In this document: positions 9,721-18,397 of the stretch, piece after piece | Position numbering within the stretch: position 1 is the stretch's first letter | Layout: each line of letters starts with the position of its first letter | Assembly (NCBI GenBank): GCA_965648935.1 | Contig: CBFGIY010000037.1 | Span: forward strand, 1 to 22,583 | Length of the DNA stretch: 22,583 nucleotides | Direction of reading: 5' to 3' | Origin: a candidate division WOR-3 bacterium | Lineage (GTDB): Bacteria; Hydrothermota; Tepidihabitantia; Tepidihabitantales; Tepidihabitantaceae | Notes under the pieces: model-generated | Databases searched by the model: none | Seen by the model: only the letters and a program-made list of their open reading frames with translations | Told to the model about the DNA's origin: nothing | Position numbers and translations under genes: made by a program

Positions 9721-10085
9721 TCCAGGAGTACAGCCGACTCGTGGTCGCCGACAACTCGGGCGCCCGCGTGGCTATGGTCATCAAGGTCTACGGCGGTTCC
9801 AAGCGCCGGTTCGGCTGGCTGGGCGACACCGTGATGGTCGCGGTGAAGGATGCCCTTCCCGCTGGTGCGGTCAAGGAAGGCGACAAGTCGAAGGCCGTGA
9901 TAGTCCGGACGCGCAAGGAACACCGCCGCAGTGACGGCACCTACGTGCGGTTCGACGACAACGCCTGTGTTCTGATCGACGAGAAGGGCGAGCCCAAGGG
10001 CACCCGCGTGTTCGGGCCGGTTGCGCGCGAGCTGCGCGAGCGGCGTTTCACCAAGATCATATCGCTGGCCGCGGAGGTGGTCTAG
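9717..10085 (+). CDS. rplN: 50S ribosomal protein uL14
   Basis: [33 protein letters not shown] overlap with rpsQ. Confidence 0.98.
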   Translation: MIQEYSRLVVADNSGARVAMVIKVYGGSKRRFGWLGDTVMVAVKDALPAGAVKEGDKSKAVIVRTRKEHRRSDGTYVRFDDNACVLIDEKGEPKGTRVFGPVARELRERRFTKIISLAAEVV

Positions 10086-10408
10086 TGAATCTGCGTAAGG
10101 GCGACCTGGTCGAAGTGGTCACCGGCGAAGAACGCGGCCGCCGGGGCAAGGTGCTGCGCGTTGAGGTTGACCGCGGAGGCCGGCGACGCCGCGTCATCGT
10201 CGAGGGGCTGAATCTGGCCAAGAAGCACCAGCGTCCGCGCGGCGCGGGCAAGCCCGGCGGCATTGTCGACCTGCCCAACCCGCTCGATATTTCCAATGTC
10301 GTGCTGCTGTGCCCGAAATGCGGCAAGAAGGCCAAGGTCCGTCGTGAGGCGCACGAGAGTCGGCGCGTGCGAGTCTGCCGCGAATGTCAGGAGATCATCG
10401 ACGCATGA
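10085..10408 (+). CDS. rplX: 50S ribosomal protein uL24
   Basis: KOW motif KGDLVEVVTG, VIVEGLN, ISNV; CPKC..CREC. Confidence 0.96.
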   Translation: MNLRKGDLVEVVTGEERGRRGKVLRVEVDRGGRRRRVIVEGLNLAKKHQRPRGAGKPGGIVDLPNPLDISNVVLLCPKCGKKAKVRREAHESRRVRVCRECQEIIDA

Positions 10409-10959
10409 GCGAACCGAGGCTCAAGCAGGATTACGACAAGCGCATCACCGGCGCCCTGAAGGCGAGGTTCGGTTACACGAATCTGCATCAGGTGCCGCGG
10501 CTGGCCAAGGTGGTCGTGAATGTCACGACCAAGGATGCGGTCGCCGACGCCAAGGTGCTTGACCTGATGGCAGAAGACATAGCGGCCGTCACCGGTCAGC
10601 GGCCGGTGCGCACCTATGCCAAGCGGGCCATCTCGGCATTCAAGATTCGCAAGGGCATGCCGCTCGGTCTGAAGGTCACGCTGCGGGGCGGCCGGATGTA
10701 CGAGTTCGTCGACCGGCTGTTCAACTTCGCCGCGCCGCGGATTCGTGACTTCCAGGGTTTTCCGGCCGATTCTTTCGACGGCCGGGGCGGTTACAGCCTG
10801 GGATTGACCGAGCAGGTTGTCTTTCCCGAGCTTGAGATCGCCAAGGTGAAGAAGCTGTTCGGCATGAACATCACATTTCAGACGACGGCACGTCGCGATG
10901 ACGAGGCCCGGGCGCTGCTCGAGGAGCTCGGGTTGCCGTTTCGGAAAGGCAAGGACTGA
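10405..10959 (+). CDS. rplE: 50S ribosomal protein uL5
   Basis: [35 protein letters not shown] 10405 overlaps the rplX stop. Confidence 0.98.
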   Translation: MSEPRLKQDYDKRITGALKARFGYTNLHQVPRLAKVVVNVTTKDAVADAKVLDLMAEDIAAVTGQRPVRTYAKRAISAFKIRKGMPLGLKVTLRGGRMYEFVDRLFNFAAPRIRDFQGFPADSFDGRGGYSLGLTEQVVFPELEIAKVKKLFGMNITFQTTARRDDEARALLEELGLPFRKGKD

Positions 10960-11144
10960 TGGCACGTCGCTGCTGGATAGTCAAGTCACAGCGTCAGCCG
11001 AAGTACGGCGTGCGCAAGCACCGGCGTTGCGAGCGCTGTTTCCGGTCGCGCGCCGTCTACCGCAAGTTCGCGCTGTGCCGGCTGTGCTTCCGTGAGCTGG
11101 CCCTGCGCGGTGAGATCCCGGGCGTCCGCAAGGCGACCTGGTAG
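10959..11144 (+). CDS. rpsN: 30S ribosomal protein uS14, Zn-binding 61-aa type
   Basis: [26 protein letters not shown]. Confidence 0.97.
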   Translation: MARRCWIVKSQRQPKYGVRKHRRCERCFRSRAVYRKFALCRLCFRELALRGEIPGVRKATW

Positions 11145-11150
11145 GAGGCT

Positions 11151-11546
11151 TTGAGTTTGGACCCGATTGCCGATTTTCTTACCTGCATCAGGAACGGCCT
11201 GCGCTGCCGGCGCAAGGACGTCGCGGTTCCGTTCTCGCGGATCAAGTACGAGATTGCCCGGGTTCTGATGGAAGAAGGTTTCGTCAGCAACTTCCAGGTT
11301 GACGGCGAGGGCACTGCCAGGCGGATCATCGTCTCGCTGAAGTACGATGAGGACGGGGCATCGGTGATTCGCGGTCTGGAGCGCGTATCGCGCCAGAGCC
11401 GGCGCGTGTACGTCGGCACCAATTCCATCCCCAAGGTCATCGGCGGCCTGGGTGTTGCCGTTGTGTCCACTTCGCGGGGCGTACTGACCGACCGCGAAGC
11501 CAGGCGCAAGCGCGTCGGCGGCGAAGTGATCTGCAAGGTCTGGTAA
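11151..11546 (+). CDS. rpsH: 30S ribosomal protein uS8
   Basis: DPIAD.LT.IRN, EEGFV, GGLGVAVVSTSRG, GGEVIC.VW; TTG start (11157 also possible). Confidence 0.98.
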   Translation: MSLDPIADFLTCIRNGLRCRRKDVAVPFSRIKYEIARVLMEEGFVSNFQVDGEGTARRIIVSLKYDEDGASVIRGLERVSRQSRRVYVGTNSIPKVIGGLGVAVVSTSRGVLTDREARRKRVGGEVICKVW

Positions 11547-11551
11547 ACGAA

Positions 11552-12121
11552 ATGGCCAAGAGCTACCGACCGATACCCGTGCCTGCCGGCGTCGATGTCA
11601 AGCTACACGACGGCAAGGTCACGGTCAAAGGCAAATTGGGCACGCTGACGGTTCCCCTCCCCGCTGGCGTGGCTGCAAAGGTCGACAAGAGTCAGCTCTC
11701 TGTCGAGAGCGGTCCCGAGGTCGACCGCGCTCTGGTCGGAACATCTCGCGCACTGATTCAGAGCGCGATGCGGGGTGTGACTGACGGCTACGAGGTTGTG
11801 CTCGAGGTGCGGGGTATGGGCTATCGCGTGCAGAAGACCAAGGACGGCATCCAGGCGAACTGCGGCTTCTCGCACACGGTCGATTTCGTTCCGCCGCCCG
11901 GCGTCACCCTGGACGTTGTCCAGGCGCCTAACCCGGATGACGTGAAGGTTCAGATGTTCGTCATCACGGTCAAGGGTTGTGACAGCCAGGCGGTCGGCGA
12001 GCTGGCCGCCAAGATCCGCTCCATCCGTCCGCCGGACAACTACCAGGGCAAGGGCGTGCGCTACCGGGGCGAATATGTCCGCAAGAAGGCGGGCAAGCGC
12101 GCCGCCGGGGCTCAAGCCTAG
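11552..12121 (+). CDS. rplF: 50S ribosomal protein uL6 (divergent)
   Basis: VTVKGKLG, GVTDGY, GMGYR, GFSH, YQGKGVRY.GE.VRKKAGK. Confidence 0.96.
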   Translation: MAKSYRPIPVPAGVDVKLHDGKVTVKGKLGTLTVPLPAGVAAKVDKSQLSVESGPEVDRALVGTSRALIQSAMRGVTDGYEVVLEVRGMGYRVQKTKDGIQANCGFSHTVDFVPPPGVTLDVVQAPNPDDVKVQMFVITVKGCDSQAVGELAAKIRSIRPPDNYQGKGVRYRGEYVRKKAGKRAAGAQA

Positions 12122-12131
12122 TTTGATCGGT

Positions 12132-12147
12132 CGGGCGGAGACGCCCG
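12132..12147 (+). other. GNRA-capped stem-loop after rplF (no U-tract)
   Basis: CGGGCG-GAGA-CGCCCG. Confidence 0.5.
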
Positions 12148-12195
12148 GATGCGTCGCACGGTAGAGCCTGGCCCGGCGACCGAGAGATTCAGCAA

Positions 12196-12270
12196 GGCCC
12201 CATCGTCTAGCCTGGCCCAGGACATCTGGTTCTCAGCCAGAAGACTGGGGTTCAAATCCCCATGGGGCTA
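12196..12270 (+). tRNA. tRNA-Glu(CTC), CCA not encoded
   Basis: Acceptor GGCCCCA/TGGGGCT plus A; anticodon arm TCTGG-TTCTCAG-CCAGA; T arm TGGGG-TTCAAAT-CCCCA. Confidence 0.95.
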
Positions 12271-13639
12271 TGAGGCGGCAGTCAAGCCGCCTCTTTCCTT
12301 CTGCCGGGTCACTGCCTGCTCAGCGGTCCTCGTCCTCGTAGCCGCCCTCATTTGCTCATGTGATCCGGAAGTCGGGCCCTTCAACCGGCCGCCGACGGTC
12401 GTCATCACGGTCGGCCCGGAGGGATCGATCGGCGAGGACAGCGCGTTCTTTGCCTGGTCCGGGCAGGACCGTGACGGGAACCTCGCCGGCTATCTGGTGG
12501 GTTTCGACGATTCGGTGCCGGGTGAGTTCATGGGCTCCGCTTCGGTTACCTGGCGTGGTCTGACCTTTGGCCGCCATACCTTCTATGTCCAGGCTGTTGA
12601 CGACTCCGGCGCGACATCGGCTGTCGCGGCACGTTCGTTCGACTGCCAGTACCGCGGCGGCGTCAGGCCGAGGGGAACGGACAGCACACTGGAGCTGGTC
12701 ACCTGGAACATCGAGAACTTTCCGAAGGCCGGCAGCATCACACTCGCCGCAGTCCGCACGATAGTGCGCTCATTGAACGTGGACCTCATCGCAGTTCAGG
12801 AGATCGCTGACACGATCGCGTTCCGGGCGCTGGTCGCCGGGCTTGACGGGTACAACGGGTTCTACTCGGCTGACGATTACGGCAGTTTCTACCAGAAGAC
12901 CGGAGTGATGTACCGTGCCGGCGTCATCGACGTGAGCAACGTGCGGCAGCTGTTCTGGCGCAACGATTCGGTGACCCGGCCGCCGTTGAGCATGCAGGTC
13001 GTCGCGACGGTCAACGGCAGGCATTTCGATTTCGAATTGATAGTGGTCCACTTGAAGGCGGGTGGGAGCGCTGACGACCACGCACTCAGGCGTGCGACGT
13101 GCCGCCTGCTTAAGGACTACATTGACGGCCGGGTGCAGGGCGGCGCCGACCCTGATTTCATCGTTGCCGGTGACTTCAACGACCGGCTCGACGACCCGCC
13201 GAGCCAGAACTCGCTGCAGACTTTTCTTGACGACACAGCCGGCTATCGTTTCCTGACGCTGCCGCTTGCCGGCAACAGCCGGCATGCCTCCTACATCGGT
13301 GGTTCCCTGATTGACCACGTGCTTGTCACGCGCGATGTGCTCGGTGAGTATGGCGACGGGCGAACCGAAACTTTGCGGCTTGACGACGAGATCACTGAGT
13401 ATCTCCGCGATGTATCAGACCACAGGCCGGTGATGGCCGTCTTCGCGCTGTCCGCTCTGTCGGGCATGGCCAGGCGCCGAGAGGACGCCGCCGATGCATT
13501 GCTCGCAGGCCGTTTGTCAGCCGTGGATGGGGCGAGTGCCGAAGGTGGGAGTCGAACCCACAAGTCCATCGCTGAACGGCGGATTTTGAGTCCGCTGCGT
13601 CTGCCAGTTCCGCCACTTCGGCCCGGCGTGCGATTCTAG
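12270..13639 (+). CDS. Lipoprotein with Ig-like domain and DNase I-like endonuclease/exonuclease/phosphatase (EEP) domain; start codon unresolved
   Basis: Hydrophobic stretch and lipobox-like VLVLVAALICS|C (Cys codon 12359); EEP motifs TWNIENF, AVQEI, VHLKA, AGDFND, IDHVL, SDHRPV. The frame is that of ORF 12149..13639; the 5' coordinate is tentative. Confidence 0.8.
12272..12300 (+). terminator. Intrinsic terminator after tRNA-Glu
   Basis: GAGGCGGC-AGTCAA-GCCGCCTC then TTTCCTT. Confidence 0.7.
13537..13622 (-). tRNA. tRNA-Leu(CAA), CCA not encoded
   Basis: Minus strand GCCGAAGTGGCGGAACTGGCAGACGC..GCGGA-CTCAAAA-TCCGC, long variable arm, GTGGG-TTCGACT-CCCAC, CTTCGGC-A. Confidence 0.95.
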
Positions 13640-13661
13640 GAGGACCTGTGCGGGACGTCAA
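13633..13661 (-). promoter_or_regulatory. tRNA-Leu promoter
   Basis: Minus strand TTGACG-17 bp-TAGAAT followed by a GC-rich discriminator-like stretch. Confidence 0.75.
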
Positions 13662-13675
13662 GTGCCAGACCGCAT

Positions 13676-13704
13676 TTGACATCGGCCGCTGCGTGGACTA
13701 GCTT
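13676..13704 (+). promoter_or_regulatory. Sigma70 promoter, probably leaderless
   Basis: TTGACA-17 bp-TAGCTT, then 5 nt, then ATG 13710; no SD. Confidence 0.7.
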
Positions 13705-13709
13705 CGGGT

Positions 13710-15131
13710 ATGATAAGGTTGACTGTCTCAGCGTTCCTCGCTTTTCTGGTCCTTGGATCGGGCTGCGGCGGTCGCGCCGCGCGTGCCGGCAGGGCAAGCG
13801 CCGAAGCCTGGCTGGCATCGACGATTGGCGGCGAGCCGGTCGGCCACTCGGTGTACAGGTACTCCACGCTCGACGACGGCTTCACCTTTGAGAGCTCGAC
13901 CAGCATGAAGCTGGCGATGGGAGGCACACCACAGCAGGTGCGGTCACGTTCCGAGGTCGTCACCAGCCGCGACCTGACGATGCGGAGTTTCCGCTTCAGC
14001 TTCGCAACGTCCGAACGGTCGTTCTCGGTCCGGGGCAATGTCGTCGGCGACAAGCTTACGATTCATGGGCTGGCCGGTCAGCGGCAGGCGCGCGTGATCG
14101 AGCTCAAGACGCAGGTCTACCCGATGGCGGCACTCGGTCGTTTCGTCGCCATGCGCGAGCTGTCGCCCGACTCGGTGTACCGTCTGCCGGTCTTCGACGT
14201 GACCGTGCTCGACGTGGTCCCGGTCGAGATTCGCTACCTGGGGCGCGAGCCGGTCACGGTCGCCGGCAGGGAATGGGTTGCGCGCAAGGTGCAAATCAAG
14301 CTGGCGAAGCTCAGCATCACGACCTGGTATGACGAGGACGGCCTGGCGCTCGTCGAGGAGTCGCCGCCGGGGATGCGTTCCGAGCGAATCGATCCGAAGG
14401 CTCTTGTTGAGGGCAGTGGTCCTCAGGGGCGACTCGACATTCTGACGATGTTTCGGGTGCCGGTCGATACGGTTATACCTGAGGGCCGGCCAGTTGAGCG
14501 CCTGCGAGTCGAGCTGTCCGGAGTTGACACGACCGATGCGGATTTCGCGTGGGATAACCAGAGCGTGCTGGGCACGGCGCCGCTGGTGGTCGAGGTAACG
14601 GTGCCGGCTCTGCCTGAACCGCCGCCTGGAATGCCGGTCGACGGCGAGCCGGAATACCTCAAAGCGACGGTTACCATCCAGTCTGATGCGCCGGAGATAC
14701 GGGCCAAGGCGCGCGAGGCTGTGGGTGACGCCCGGGATGCGGTCAGCGCGGCGCGCAAGCTGGTTTCCTGGACGTTCACGGTCATCGACAAGGAGGCGAC
14801 CGCGTCCTATCCAACCGCTCTCGACGTGCTCAAACACCTCAAGGGCGACTGCAATGAGCACTCTGTGCTGCTGGCCGCGCTGGCGCGCGCCTCGGGCATT
14901 CCGGCGAAGGTGGCAGTCGGTCTGGTCTACCTCAACGGCGCGTTCTATTATCACGCTTGGAATGAGCTGTACCTGGGGCGCTGGGTGCCGGTTGATGCCA
15001 CCTTCGGTGAGTTCCCGGCGAGCGCCCTGCGCATCAAGCTCGCCGAGGGTGAGCTCAGCAAGCAGTCCGAGATACTCGGTGTGGTCGGCAGAATCGGCAT
15101 TAAGGTGCTGAGTTACTCGACCGGGCGCTGA
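13710..15131 (+). CDS. Transglutaminase-like domain lipoprotein
   Basis: Lipobox FLVLGSG|C; triad motifs GDCNEHS, YHAWNE, WVPVDAT. Confidence 0.88.
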   Translation: MIRLTVSAFLAFLVLGSGCGGRAARAGRASAEAWLASTIGGEPVGHSVYRYSTLDDGFTFESSTSMKLAMGGTPQQVRSRSEVVTSRDLTMRSFRFSFATSERSFSVRGNVVGDKLTIHGLAGQRQARVIELKTQVYPMAALGRFVAMRELSPDSVYRLPVFDVTVLDVVPVEIRYLGREPVTVAGREWVARKVQIKLAKLSITTWYDEDGLALVEESPPGMRSERIDPKALVEGSGPQGRLDILTMFRVPVDTVIPEGRPVERLRVELSGVDTTDADFAWDNQSVLGTAPLVVEVTVPALPEPPPGMPVDGEPEYLKATVTIQSDAPEIRAKAREAVGDARDAVSAARKLVSWTFTVIDKEATASYPTALDVLKHLKGDCNEHSVLLAALARASGIPAKVAVGLVYLNGAFYYHAWNELYLGRWVPVDATFGEFPASALRIKLAEGELSKQSEILGVVGRIGIKVLSYSTGR

Positions 15132-15146
15132 ACGGGCCGGAAAGTG

Positions 15147-15182
15147 ATTGCCCCCGGCGGCGCGTATGCCGCCGGGGGCAAT
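15147..15182. terminator. Hairpin between convergent genes (likely bidirectional terminator)
   Basis: ATTGCCCCCGGCGGC-GCGTAT-GCCGCCGGGGGCAAT, 15-bp perfect stem. Confidence 0.75.
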
Positions 15183-15192
15183 GCTCTTGCGG

Positions 15193-17718
15193 CTACTGCT
15201 GCTGAGGCGCCGGCGCGGCCGGTTCCTCCAGGAAAGGTTCGATCGCGAAGTCGGATTCCTTCATCAGGATCTCGATACTGGCCCTGGCGCGCAGATCCGC
15301 AATCAGCGACGCGTGCATGTCCTTTTCCTTCTGGCGGCGGAGTTTGTTCTCGATCTTGCCCCGCACTTCCTCGAACGGTCTGGTGCGCGCGGCCTTCTTC
15401 TCCTCTGTGAGGACAAACGCGTAGGTAGTATCGTTGAGCTTCGTCACCGGCGAGATTGCCTTCTCGGCCTGGCGGAACGCGATCGCGACCAGAGCGGCGT
15501 CGCGCGACTTGTCGTCACGGGAAACCCAGGACCAGTCGCCGCCGGACCAGCGGGTTCCGGCAGTCGAGAAGCGGCGCGCGATGTCGGCGAAGGTTGCCTT
15601 CACCGCAGTGTCGTTCTTCGTCACTTTGACCAGCAGCCGGCCGTGCTGGGTCTCGATCGCAACCGGCGGGTCGTCAGTCTCGAGTCCGAAAAGACCTCTG
15701 GTCTGCGTCTGGGACAACGCCGCATCGAGCTTGAAGTAGGTTCCGAACCGGGTCGAGTCCGTCGCCTCAGACTCGGGGATGCCCAGGAGCTTGGCGAGCG
15801 AGGCCGCGTCAAGTGCCGCCACAGGTTCAGGCCGGTACAGCGCGTCTTCACGGGACACTTCCGGGAACGCGAAGCCGTATGCTGACTCACCCGGGTACGG
15901 CCCGAAGGCGGCCGCACGGCGGCTGAGGTCGGCCACAGACCGGCCCGAAACCTGTATCCCTGCCTGCCCAACTCGAGGTGTCCCTCTGATGGCGCAGGCG
16001 GCCGTTGCCGAGTCGGCGTTGGCGGCCAGTGCGTCAGCAACAGAACCATAAGCCTCTTCTTCGGTGACCAGGATTGCCCGTCCCTGGATGAGCTGCGGCA
16101 GGCGACCGGCGACGGCCCAGCGCCGGAGTTGCTCCGCGCGTGCGCGGGTCGGGGCGACGATCTCGCGGACGTGAACCTGAGCCGGCTCCTTGAATTCGTC
16201 GATCGTTGCCCGGTAGTCGGCCATCGCCTCGACCGAATCGACCTGGACCTTCGCCGTAACGGCGTTGTGCAGATAGGCGTCGCGGAGCAGGGCGGCGCGG
16301 CGCGCCAGGACGGCATCGACGACCTTGTTGTCGAGCCAGAGCTTCATTCGCTCGGATTCCTTCGCGAGCAGCTTCTCGAGGATGATCTGATCGACTATGC
16401 GAAGCCGGCCTTCCGGCGAGTCGAACTGACCGCGGAAGAACGCCGGGATCGCCTCAAGCCGGGCGGCGAGGAGTGCTGCGTCGATGACGAAGCCGTTGAC
16501 TACTGCCAGGGGGTCGCGCCCTTCCTCGATTGCGGTTGAGTCAAACGTGATTCTCGCCTTCTTCTTCAGCTCGGCGACGGCTTCGTCGTATGCGCTCTGC
16601 GTGTTCCGCTGGCGCATGTCGGCGGCGATCTGACCCTTGACTTCGTCGAACTTGCGCACCGACCTGGGCGTCTTCTCGGTCACTCGGATGATGACCCATT
16701 CGTCGTCAACAGCGACCGGCTTGCTGATCTCTCCTGCCTTGAGGCGGAACGCGGCGTCCTCGATGGCTTTGGGCTGAACACCCCGCGCGAAGACGCCCAT
16801 ATCGCCGCCCTGCGACTTGTCGGGAGCGAGAGAACTGGCCCGGGCGATGGAGTCCCACAGCTCCGGCGAGCCGGTGATGAGCAGACTGCGCAGCGAGTCG
16901 GCCTGGGCACGAGTGGCGACCCTTATCTGATACGCTCGTACCTTCTCGGGCGTCGTGTAGCGGGTCTTGAGATCGCGGTTGTACGCCGCCTTGAGTTCCT
17001 TGTCGGTCGGCTGGGCCCGGGAGGTTACGGTCTGCTCGTACCAGATCTGAAACATCGCCCGGTTGCGGGCTTCCTCCAGGTTCGACTTGACTCCGGGGTC
17101 GGCGAGCAAGCCGGAGGCGAGCGCGGCCTGGTATACCAGGCGGTTGTCGATCATCGTGTCCAGCAGGTACTGCTTGCTCGCGAATGTCTCGTACTGCGCC
17201 GGGCTGCGGCTGATGCGATCGTCGATCTCGATTCGGGTGATGGGAAAGCCATCCACCAGAGCCACACGGTCCTGGTAGTTCTTGCGGAAGCAGCGCTCAA
17301 TAGCGTCGAGGGCGTCCTCGGCGTACTCGGACTTCTGATGCTGGGTGGCGACTTTCTCGTAATTGCGGGCCGCATCAAGGAAGTTCTCCTGAAGTTCCTG
17401 GCTGAGCGCCAGCCGGTAGAGCAATGCGGGCAGCAGGCGGTCCTTGGGAAAGCGAGCTATGAGGCTGGCGTAGACAGACTCGGCGGCGGCATACTCGTGG
17501 CGCTTGTCGAGCAGAAAATCACCCCACTCAAGACCTGCCGTGAGCTGGTCGGCCGCTGACCGGGCGCCGGTCCGGAGCCGGGCGAGCATCGCTTCAGCGC
17601 CATCGATGTCGCCGGCGACGTAGTACTGGTACAGACTGTCGAGCGATGCCGGGCCTGCGCCCGGCGCGGTCGTCGCAAGTGCGACAACGAGCAGTGCCAG
17701 TGCTGTGCTAGGTCTCAC
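15193..17718 (-). CDS. Exported foldase: N-terminal TPR plus SurA/PrsA-like helical domains and parvulin (PpiC) PPIase domains
   Basis: Signal peptide; TPRs (ARFPKD..ALLYRLA, HQKSEYAEDA); ARASS..QGGDMG..AIEDAAF.LKAGEISKPV; second ARRFS..GGDW; AGGAGG 4 nt before GTG. Confidence 0.85.
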   Translation of the reverse strand: MRPSTALALLVVALATTAPGAGPASLDSLYQYYVAGDIDGAEAMLARLRTGARSAADQLTAGLEWGDFLLDKRHEYAAAESVYASLIARFPKDRLLPALLYRLALSQELQENFLDAARNYEKVATQHQKSEYAEDALDAIERCFRKNYQDRVALVDGFPITRIEIDDRISRSPAQYETFASKQYLLDTMIDNRLVYQAALASGLLADPGVKSNLEEARNRAMFQIWYEQTVTSRAQPTDKELKAAYNRDLKTRYTTPEKVRAYQIRVATRAQADSLRSLLITGSPELWDSIARASSLAPDKSQGGDMGVFARGVQPKAIEDAAFRLKAGEISKPVAVDDEWVIIRVTEKTPRSVRKFDEVKGQIAADMRQRNTQSAYDEAVAELKKKARITFDSTAIEEGRDPLAVVNGFVIDAALLAARLEAIPAFFRGQFDSPEGRLRIVDQIILEKLLAKESERMKLWLDNKVVDAVLARRAALLRDAYLHNAVTAKVQVDSVEAMADYRATIDEFKEPAQVHVREIVAPTRARAEQLRRWAVAGRLPQLIQGRAILVTEEEAYGSVADALAANADSATAACAIRGTPRVGQAGIQVSGRSVADLSRRAAAFGPYPGESAYGFAFPEVSREDALYRPEPVAALDAASLAKLLGIPESEATDSTRFGTYFKLDAALSQTQTRGLFGLETDDPPVAIETQHGRLLVKVTKNDTAVKATFADIARRFSTAGTRWSGGDWSWVSRDDKSRDAALVAIAFRQAEKAISPVTKLNDTTYAFVLTEEKKAARTRPFEEVRGKIENKLRRQKEKDMHASLIADLRARASIEILMKESDFAIEPFLEEPAAPAPQQQ

Positions 17719-17784
17719 TTTGCCTCCTGTTAATCAGCTGGTGGTCACCGGGCCGGCCCGACGGCTTGCCAGGGAAGCGCAGGT

Positions 17785-18397
17785 TCAGCGCAGCAGTTGC
17801 AGCGCAAGCATCATTGCCGTGCCGGACAGCAGCGGAACCACCACGTTGTCATTGACTTCGACCGGTAGCGCCTCGACGACCGAGGCGACAACAGCACCAA
17901 GGATACCGATTCCCAGTGGCAGGTCAATACCGGGCAGGGCGTTTGCCGCGAAAGCCACCGCGATGCAGGCAGTGAGTCCGGCGAGCGTTCCTTCGAGTGT
18001 CTTGCGGAAGAACCGGATGCGTCCGAAAGTCAGTCCGACTATCGCCGCAGCCGTGTCGCCCAGCACAAGGAACGATACCGCAGCCACGAACACGCCGCGG
18101 CCGGTCTGGCTGGAGCCGAATATCAGCATGCAGACAAGTGATGAGAGCATCAGGTAGCTGCCGCCGGTCAATGAAGTGAACTCGCGGCGGCGGAGCAGCG
18201 AACCGAAAAGAATGATGAAGATGCTCTTGAGCAGGCTCAGTCGCAGCCGGAGCAGGTCAACGACAAGAAAGGCGACGGTGGCCGCGATCATCAGCGGCAG
18301 GGTGATGCTGCGCGGGACAAGGTAGTAGACCGCTGGAATCGCCAGGGCGGCGAGGTGGACTAGCTTGCGACCGACTTCGGGGCCTAGAACTCGACAC
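17785..18397 (-). CDS. Polyprenol/dolichol/phytol kinase or CDP-transferase family membrane protein; start unresolved
   Basis: RKLVH, LRRRE, LGDTAAAIVG..G, KTLEGTLAG, VEAL..NDNVVVP. Confidence 0.8.

Noticed and set aside
10085..11144. Zn-ribbon cysteines in uL24 and uS14
   Set aside because: Common, well-known variants
4741..12115. Long minus-strand ORFs (342, 508, 247 aa and others) opposite the r-protein genes
   Set aside because: Antisense shadows of conserved genes
12196..13622. Integrative island between the two tRNAs
   Set aside because: No integrase and no duplicated tRNA 3' end (att) seen
13638..13701. AGGAGG-4 nt-GTG 17-aa mini-ORF (13648-13701)
   Set aside because: Lies across two promoters and has no supporting transcript signal; likely chance
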